Assembly: GCA_965214835.1 (NCBI GenBank)
Contig: CBDCCK010000002.1
Location: forward strand, 192,001 to 256,000
Length of the DNA: 64,000 bases
Source: Nitrosopumilaceae archaeon
Lineage (GTDB): Archaea > Thermoproteota > Nitrososphaeria > Nitrososphaerales > Nitrosopumilaceae
Direction: 5' to 3'
Of the stretch, positions 57,963 through 64,000 are shown piece by piece. A program made the position numbers and the translations under genes. Below the pieces are notes generated by a model. It did not search any database and was not told where the DNA came from. It saw only the letters and a list, made by a program, of their open reading frames with translations. Each line of letters opens with the position of its first letter. The first letter of the stretch is position 1.

Positions 57963-58379
57963 CTAGTGCAGGAATCTCGGGATCTTCCTTACTATGTGCG
58001 CTATGGATATTCTTCCAGGGCCTATAACTATGACAACCAGGCTGGCTGCCAGCAAAATCAGGTCAAATTCTACCCCCCGGTCTCCCGTCAGGCTGGTCGC
58101 TCCCTTGATCAGGAATATTGCGCCTAGCATTACAATTGACAGCAACGAGGCCGAAAACCTTGTGAGGACTCCGACGATCAGTAGTATCCCCGGAACTAGT
58201 TCGGCTAGTGCGATGGGGATTTGCATTTCAGGCGGAATGCCCTGACTTTCAATGAATCCTGCAAACCCCGGCTGGAATTTGCCTACAGAATGTGCAATGA
58301 AAATCACCCCCACGGTCAGTCTTAGTCCAAAATGAGTAATGTCGTGCAGTATCTTTTGGTTAATCTCCGCCGTGGCCAT
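57963..58379 (-). CDS. DoxX family membrane protein
   Basis: LRLTVGVIFIAHSVGK, ELVPG..GVLTR, GVEF, GPGRIS. Confidence 0.9.
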   Translation of the reverse strand: MATAEINQKILHDITHFGLRLTVGVIFIAHSVGKFQPGFAGFIESQGIPPEMQIPIALAELVPGILLIVGVLTRFSASLLSIVMLGAIFLIKGATSLTGDRGVEFDLILLAASLVVIVIGPGRISIAHIVRKIPRFLH

Positions 58380-58424
58380 ATGCTTACCCTAGTGTACCTC
58401 TATATATTAAATTGGTGGCAGCAA

Positions 58425-58504
58425 TAGCCTGTTGCATAACCGCGCCTGAACGCGCAAAAACAGCTAATTTTTCGTGCCTAAAACCAGAATTGTGCAGCAG
58501 ACTA
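58425..58504. mobile_element. 80-bp TA-bounded MITE (family B)
   Basis: TIR TAGCCTGTTGCATAA / TAGTCTGCTGCACAA (12/15); related copies at 53685 and 59541. Confidence 0.7.
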
Positions 58505-59149
58505 GGCAATAACTGATGATCCCAATCAATCATCTAGAGCAAGGGGCAATAACGTGAGGGATCCCATGGACTACCGTGGCTACAGCATTATCCCTTTACC
58601 GGGGCTGTCGCCTAATTCCACTTATTTGACTCAACCTGCACGTTTTTCTGAATTTCCGCCCTTTTACACGCCTGATCCATATGGCAACTCAATGGTTTTC
58701 GGGAATTCTGATGAATTAGGCGACAACCCCCCCCCCCTTTACCTCCTTCCTTTCAACCTGCTCCAAGATTGAAAACCCCCTGCAGCCAGAGCACGGCAGG
58801 CCTTGTGTACAGTTGCCTAGATCAGAAATGCAGTGTGGCCGTACATGCCAAGGTTTGCTGGATGAATTTCGCCCTACCTTAAGGCAAACGCCAGACTGAA
58901 TATTGCAATTGCAATGGATGCCCCCACCCCGACAAAAAATATGATCTTGCTTCCATCAGGTATCATGAACCTGTTTTTTTGCCTAAAACTATAATTGTTG
59001 CCTTGCTCTGATGATCTCTTGGCCCCGATCCTTTTGCTTAACCACCTGCAGCGTATGCTGCGGCCAGGACGTTCCCAGAATGGGGCCCGTTGCGGCTTGT
59101 TGCGAGCAATGGCTGTGCCCTGACAGGAGAGCGATGGTGTGTACTCGGC

Positions 59150-59497
59150 TCAGTTTTTCCCTCGCACGTCTTGTTTTGACGCCGAGCCACCCTCAGGGGC
59201 GCCTTCAGCCTGTTCCGAGTCTGACTCCAAAACCGCCTTTTTGATCTCATGTGCCTTTTCATCCATGATTCCGTTGAACTCCCTGATATCCTCAAGGCTG
59301 GGCGTAATCTGCTGATTCTGATAGATCTGCATAAAGCTGGAATATATGCTGCCTGCAATCATTCCAAAGGCCGTGTCCTCTACAGAGTCCGTATGCTCCC
59401 TGTATGCTACGGCCAAGTCCCTGTATGATGAGGCAGTCGAGACATAATAGTCAATCAGTCCCACGATGAACTCTTTGTTCTCCTTTGATATTACCAT
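59150..59497 (-). CDS. conserved hypothetical protein
   Basis: LIDYY..DTAFG.I.G.IYS.F. Confidence 0.75.
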   Translation of the reverse strand: MVISKENKEFIVGLIDYYVSTASSYRDLAVAYREHTDSVEDTAFGMIAGSIYSSFMQIYQNQQITPSLEDIREFNGIMDEKAHEIKKAVLESDSEQAEGAPEGGSASKQDVRGKN

Positions 59498-59540
59498 GCT
59501 CTTTGTAGTCTGCCCAAATTATTAAATTGATTCGCAGTTG

Positions 59541-59718
59541 GCAGTCTTGCATGGCCCTGATTTTAGGCACAGAAAGATTGTATGGGGTCACGTCCCCCAC
59601 CAGCTAGGCATAAAAATCACAGCAACATGCAAAACCGTGCCTAACTACCAAGGCAGGTGGCCTCGTACAAAAAATTAGCTGCTTTTACGCGTTCAGGCAA
59701 CGGTTATGCAACAAGCTG
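59541..59718. mobile_element. MITE family B copy interrupted by a nested 89-bp MITE (59580-59668)
   Basis: Outer halves match the reverse complement of 58425..58504; inner GTATGGGGTCAC...GTGGCCTCGTAC with a 6/8 flanking duplication. Confidence 0.65.
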
Positions 59719-59756
59719 GCAGCTGGAATACGTTTACAAATTACGACCATCCGAGT

Positions 59757-60212
59757 ATGGCCATGTGGAAGCTTGATCTTGAGGATTATTTTTACAAGGT
59801 TTATGACTCAAACAAGCAGATAGCTGGCTATTTTGATCCGGATTACGGAAGGATCCACTCCTCTGATGAGGAATTTGAGCAGATTCAGCAGATGCACAAA
59901 AATGCAGACAAGATAGCCCGCGGCTTTCTCACTCTTCCGATGGTCAAGTTCGGGATATTTGACCAGCAGTCCGCTCAGATCGGCGATCTGCAGGACAGGG
60001 TTGAACAGGCGAGCCTGAGAATCACCCACTGGGACAGATATCTGCAAGACTCCCCACTTGCCCATACGATTACCGTCTCTCATACGGATCCAGACATGCT
60101 GAGCATAACCCTTGAGGTTAAATTTCAGGATCACGTTCCTCTGGACAAGAAAATTCTTGGCCAAAGGCTTGGGCCTATCTTGGATCAGCTGCAGAGATTA
60201 GGTTTGCTATGA
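59757..60212 (+). CDS. conserved hypothetical protein
   Basis: AGYFDPDYG, LPMVKFGIF, VSHTDPDML; start uncertain. Confidence 0.7.
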   Translation: MAMWKLDLEDYFYKVYDSNKQIAGYFDPDYGRIHSSDEEFEQIQQMHKNADKIARGFLTLPMVKFGIFDQQSAQIGDLQDRVEQASLRITHWDRYLQDSPLAHTITVSHTDPDMLSITLEVKFQDHVPLDKKILGQRLGPILDQLQRLGLL

Positions 60213-60933
60213 ACCTGTTTGGAAGCCTTGTAATCATTATGTATGCCCCTACCGAGCCTGCCAGCAGCAGTCCCGAACCTATTGGAAACTCCGGCACCGC
60301 TGCATACTCCTCTGATTCGGCAACAAGGGCGTATTCTACAACATTTTCTGACCGCGCTTTGTCCTGGACGGGTACCACAAAGTGCGCAACATCGTCGCTT
60401 CTCAGATAGTCCGGCTCGGTCTGGAGTTTTGAGACTGCTGCAACGTTTCCATCCCTGTCATACAACGTTGCCACTATGGACACCGTGTTTGCGGTGATTT
60501 CACCGTTGTTGGCCACCGTCCCTGTAATCATGAGGTTGTTCAGCACATCCCTTTTCAGCTGCGAGTCGATGATCTCAATTACCTGGCTCTTTGGGGCGCT
60601 AATCTTGTAATCTAGATCTAGGCTGTAATCTGCCAAGTCTTTTGCCTGCATATCCACAAAGATTATGTCAAAGGGGACCCTCATTCCAGGAGATATGGTG
60701 CGGATCAGCGAGTTGGCGTGCGTTGTTGCTATTTGCTCGCCCTCGTCTGAGTAGAGAGTCGCCTCTATTGATACCTGGCTTATCGTATACGCCAGGTTGT
60801 TTTTGACCTCGCCTACTATATGCAGTGCCCCGTCGCTGCCAACATAGTGCTGATCCCTTTCAACGAACACCTCAGCTGAAGCACACGGTACTGCAAAAAG
60901 TAACAAAAACCCAAATACGAGACTCTTCATCAT
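60175..60933 (-). CDS. FxLYD-domain surface protein with PEF C-terminal sorting motif
   Basis: Two ATLYS/ATLYD Ig-like repeats; VPEFP + TM. Confidence 0.85.
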   Translation of the reverse strand: MMKSLVFGFLLLFAVPCASAEVFVERDQHYVGSDGALHIVGEVKNNLAYTISQVSIEATLYSDEGEQIATTHANSLIRTISPGMRVPFDIIFVDMQAKDLADYSLDLDYKISAPKSQVIEIIDSQLKRDVLNNLMITGTVANNGEITANTVSIVATLYDRDGNVAAVSKLQTEPDYLRSDDVAHFVVPVQDKARSENVVEYALVAESEEYAAVPEFPIGSGLLLAGSVGAYIMITRLPNRFIANLISAADPR

Positions 60934-60962
60934 TCTACCATATTTGTATTAAAATTAAAGAA

Positions 60963-61460
60963 TTATGGTTCCCTTATTCCAAGCTTTGCGCGGTTGAACT
61001 CCCCTAATGCCGCAGTCTCATACTCAAAGGACTCTTGGATTAGCGCGTCCGACCGCACCCTGTGCGCCTCATCCCCTGTTTGGATCCACAGCAGGTATTC
61101 CCTGTCGCTTTCAAGCTGCGACTCTGAGGACAGCCTGAACACCTCCACTGCAGTGCCAAATGTTTCTGGCGGGGCCAGGGAGTCGTATCTTGAAATCAAT
61201 TCCCCCATTCTTTTAAAGTGACCGTTTGCAAAATCTGCAAGCTCTTCCTCTGTCAGGTCTCCCTCCTCCCACCGGGTTATGTGGGAGACGAATTCCGACT
61301 GCTGCTCACTGACGCCCTCCTGTATCTCTAAAAGCTCGTTTCCAAAGACAAACCCTGCCTGCCTTGTCTGCTCTGCAGAGTAGCCATACCATGTAATGCC
61401 GCCTATGAATGCCAGTGCAATCACCGCCACAATGATGTTTTGCTTTTGCTTCTTCCTCAA
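60963..61460 (-). CDS. membrane-anchored helical hypothetical protein
   Basis: Basic N-terminus, TM, helical body. Confidence 0.75.
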   Translation of the reverse strand: MRKKQKQNIIVAVIALAFIGGITWYGYSAEQTRQAGFVFGNELLEIQEGVSEQQSEFVSHITRWEEGDLTEEELADFANGHFKRMGELISRYDSLAPPETFGTAVEVFRLSSESQLESDREYLLWIQTGDEAHRVRSDALIQESFEYETAALGEFNRAKLGIREP

Positions 61461-61469
61461 TGCTGTTAG

Positions 61470-62493
61470 AGGTGAAAAACATCTTTGATATTAATTTTGT
61501 AAAGGCAGACAGTACCGGGCTGCCGGTATCGGCAGGATATGCACGGTGTGTAACGTCCTCGGCCCCGTTTCTGTTCACGTACGTGCTCGCACAGGCATAC
61601 GTGGCAAATGCACACCAGAAAGCACGAGGCAAGGCTCCTGGAATGTTGTCCACACGCCGTACTCCGACAAGTATCTCAAAAACTTCTATCGTTACGAGGA
61701 CAAACGGGGCAGGTATCGAGTTTCTGACCTTACCGCCAGAAACCTTGGAGGCGGTGGATATGACTATGAATTTCATGGGATTAGGCGGATATTGAAGGGG
61801 CCTCTGGAATCAATGCTGGAGTTGGAACGTAATGATATGATTCACTGACCCAAGAAAAAGGGAGGCATACCCGGATACAAAAAATATCTTGAAAAAGACA
61901 GGGGCATACCCCTGCAAAACATCTGGGTTGACATACCAAACGTCCAAGGCCAAGAAAGGTTAGGTTATCCAACGCAGAAACCGCTTATGTTGCTGGAGCG
62001 CATCATAGAGTCAAGCAGCAATATAGATGATGTCGTCTTACCCGTTTTGCGGCTGTGCGACGGCCTGCCTTGCGGCAGAAAGGATGTACCGGAAGTGGAT
62101 AGGCTGCGACATATCCGAGAGGGCCTACTCATTGATCGAGCAGAGGCTACACAAAGATGCTGGAATCGCCAAGTTCATCACAGGGGCAGGCGAGGTCATA
62201 CAAAGATTCGATTCCCGAAAAGAGGGGGCAGAAGATCCAAGGACATTAAACATACCCTGTATGGCATACAGCACGGCTACTGCAACGGATGCAAGTACCA
62301 CTACCGGTTCAAGGATCTGGAGGTTGACCACACAATACCCAGAATAAAGGGAGGACAGGACGACGACGGCAGCCTGCAGCTGCTCTGCGGAAACTGCAAC
62401 AGGAGAAAGGGTGGCAAGCTCACCATGGCAGAACTAAATGCGGTGCTGACCAAGGAAGGTATGAAGTTTGGCAAAGGCAGTTCATGGAAGTAG
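61470..62493 (+). pseudogene. N4/N6 DNA methyltransferase - HNH endonuclease fusion, 5'-truncated and frameshifted
   Basis: GIPLQNIWVDIP..LGYPTQKP..LLERII, PFCGCAT..WIGCDIS, then CNGC..VDHTIP..GG..LQLLCGNCNRRKG; internal stop at 61846-61848 and frameshifts. Confidence 0.85.
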
Positions 62494-62790
62494 GTTTTCA
62501 CAGGCGGCCCGATTTCAGACAAGATCCACATTCCATATCACCAAGATTGCACAGAACCAAGATGTGAGACCGCATCCCCTTGGTGGCCAGGCACGGGGGT
62601 CACAGCTGCATGCAATTCACTCCTAGTATGAGGGGTTATGGCCCCATACAGAAAACTACCCGATCCGGTCCTAGTCTGGCTGCGGGGGTCAATAGGGGCT
62701 GCCGATACATCCTTCAATCCTGTGCACTGTTGGTTGCACGGCATGCGTGCTAAGGATGGATCCAGGGCCTTGGATCCGGATTTACAGGGC

Positions 62791-63105
62791 CTAGTCCGTA
62801 TAGTTGCCCTCGGCATCCAGCTTTAGCTCTATGGTCATGACGGTCCCGCTGATAAACGACTCGTTTCTGATGGTTCTGACCCTTGCAACGTCCAGGTGAT
62901 ACGGCCAGATCTCGACTACTATTGCCCCGACCTGGACGTTGTCCGGCGCGTCCGTCAGCACAATGTCCTCCTTTTTTACCCCGTGGAGCTCCAGCTGATG
63001 GATTGCGTGCTCGACTAGTGGCTCTGGATTGTTGTGGTTGATTGCCCAAACGGTTCCAGCATACTCTATTTTGTCCATAACGCCATCAAGATCCTCATTT
63101 CCCAT
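62791..63105 (-). CDS. conserved hypothetical protein
   Basis: IEYAGTVW, EIWPYH, ESFISG. Confidence 0.75.
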   Translation of the reverse strand: MGNEDLDGVMDKIEYAGTVWAINHNNPEPLVEHAIHQLELHGVKKEDIVLTDAPDNVQVGAIVVEIWPYHLDVARVRTIRNESFISGTVMTIELKLDAEGNYTD

Positions 63106-63106
63106 G

Positions 63107-63343
63107 TCATTTGGGGTCGACTACATTCAGGGTCATCGTGCTCACCACCCTTGAGAGCTTTCTGACCTTGTTTGCCACGGTGTGCTCAAAGTCCTCCTGC
63201 GTGTCTGCATGTATTTCTGCAATTACGTCATATGCCCCAAACGTAAGGTATGCGTGCTTGACAGGCGGTATCCGTCTTAGCTCCTCTACGATGTATTCCT
63301 CTGCTCCCAGATCACAGTTTAGCAAAACGTATCCCACATGCAT
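63107..63343 (-). CDS. Lrp/AsnC ligand-binding (RAM) domain protein
   Basis: YVLLNC..G.E, TFGAYDVIAEI, STMTL. Confidence 0.9.
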   Translation of the reverse strand: MHVGYVLLNCDLGAEEYIVEELRRIPPVKHAYLTFGAYDVIAEIHADTQEDFEHTVANKVRKLSRVVSTMTLNVVDPK

Positions 63344-63393
63344 TCCTTATTCTTCACAATAACTACCAGGTACTGCTTGATTAACCTTTAGAA

Positions 63394-64000
63394 TCACCAT
63401 CTGCTTCTAAGGCCGTTGTATCTCCTTTTGCCTCCAGAATGCCTTCTAGGGCCGTCCCTTTCGGAGTCCCTGCGGTCATTGCCCCTTTGGCCCCCATAAC
63501 TGCCAGCCTTATGATCGTCGCGCCTGAACCTGTCGTTTCTGTCCCCGTCTCTTCTGAATCCGCCGCCACGGTAGCCACCGCCCCGGCCGAATCCTCCCCT
63601 GTCGTCTCTGCGGCCAAACCGTCCCCTTTCGCCCCTGTCGTCTCTGCGTCCGCCAAACCCCCGCCTTCCCCTGTTCTCGCCAGAGTATGCGCCGTATCTT
63701 CTCGGGGCGACATTCCGCTTTAGCGGGTCTGGAATCGTAATTTCTATCCCCATCTCCTTGTTCAGATCCCTGAGGTCAACCTTGATTTGACGCTTTATTA
63801 GGTTGAAATCCCCTATTGACGAGTACGAGACAAACGTAACCGCACGGCCCTTTGCGCCTGCCCTTGCAGTCCTCCCTATCCTGTGAAAGTAGGTCAGCTC
63901 CTGGTTTGGCACGTCGTAATTAATTACAAGTGAAACCCTTGGGACGTCAATTCCCCTTGCCGCAACATCGGTTGCAACCAGGATCTCTGCCTTGCCCTGC
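63394..64000 (-). CDS. DEAD-box RNA helicase, C-terminal part (runs off the window)
   Basis: [25 protein letters not shown]-rich tail. Confidence 0.92.
   Translation of the reverse strand, partial: QGKAEILVATDVAARGIDVPRVSLVINYDVPNQELTYFHRIGRTARAGAKGRAVTFVSYSSIGDFNLIKRQIKVDLRDLNKEMGIEITIPDPLKRNVAPRRYGAYSGENRGRRGFGGRRDDRGERGRFGRRDDRGGFGRGGGYRGGGFRRDGDRNDRFRRDDHKAGSYGGQRGNDRRDSERDGPRRHSGGKRRYNGLRSRW

Noticed and set aside
63394-63720. Tandem CCCTGTCGTCTCTGCG repeats
   Set aside because: Encode the ordinary RG/RD-rich tail of the DEAD-box helicase

Overview
Archaeal chromosomal DNA. The core genes (nadX-nadA-nadC, rpo7/spt4, ef1b-cdc48, ctaB, hppA, truD, cupredoxins, PEF-CTERM protein) point to an ammonia-oxidising Nitrososphaerota (Nitrosopumilaceae-like) lineage; this assignment is from protein recognition only. 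The window has three parts. (1) About 1-23.2 kb is an accessory element, entirely on the minus strand and probably running off the left edge. It holds a phage/plasmid-like chain of translationally coupled small genes, a cupredoxin plus degenerate thermonuclease surface fusion, a truncated TFB, a ParB-like gene and a complete type IV pilus-like assembly locus. Seven promoters downstream of the TFB gene share a non-canonical motif (RAWTCCGGS) directly 5' of the TATA box. No integrase, capsid or VirB4 gene is visible. (2) About 23.3-27 kb is decayed IS630/IS110 sequence with an AbiEii toxin remnant and a PD-(D/E)xK nuclease. (3) 27-64 kb is core genome with an intact IS630, an IS66 remnant, several MITE families (some with exact 8-bp target duplications) and a decayed methylase-HNH fusion. 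All product calls are by motif recognition; no database searches were run.
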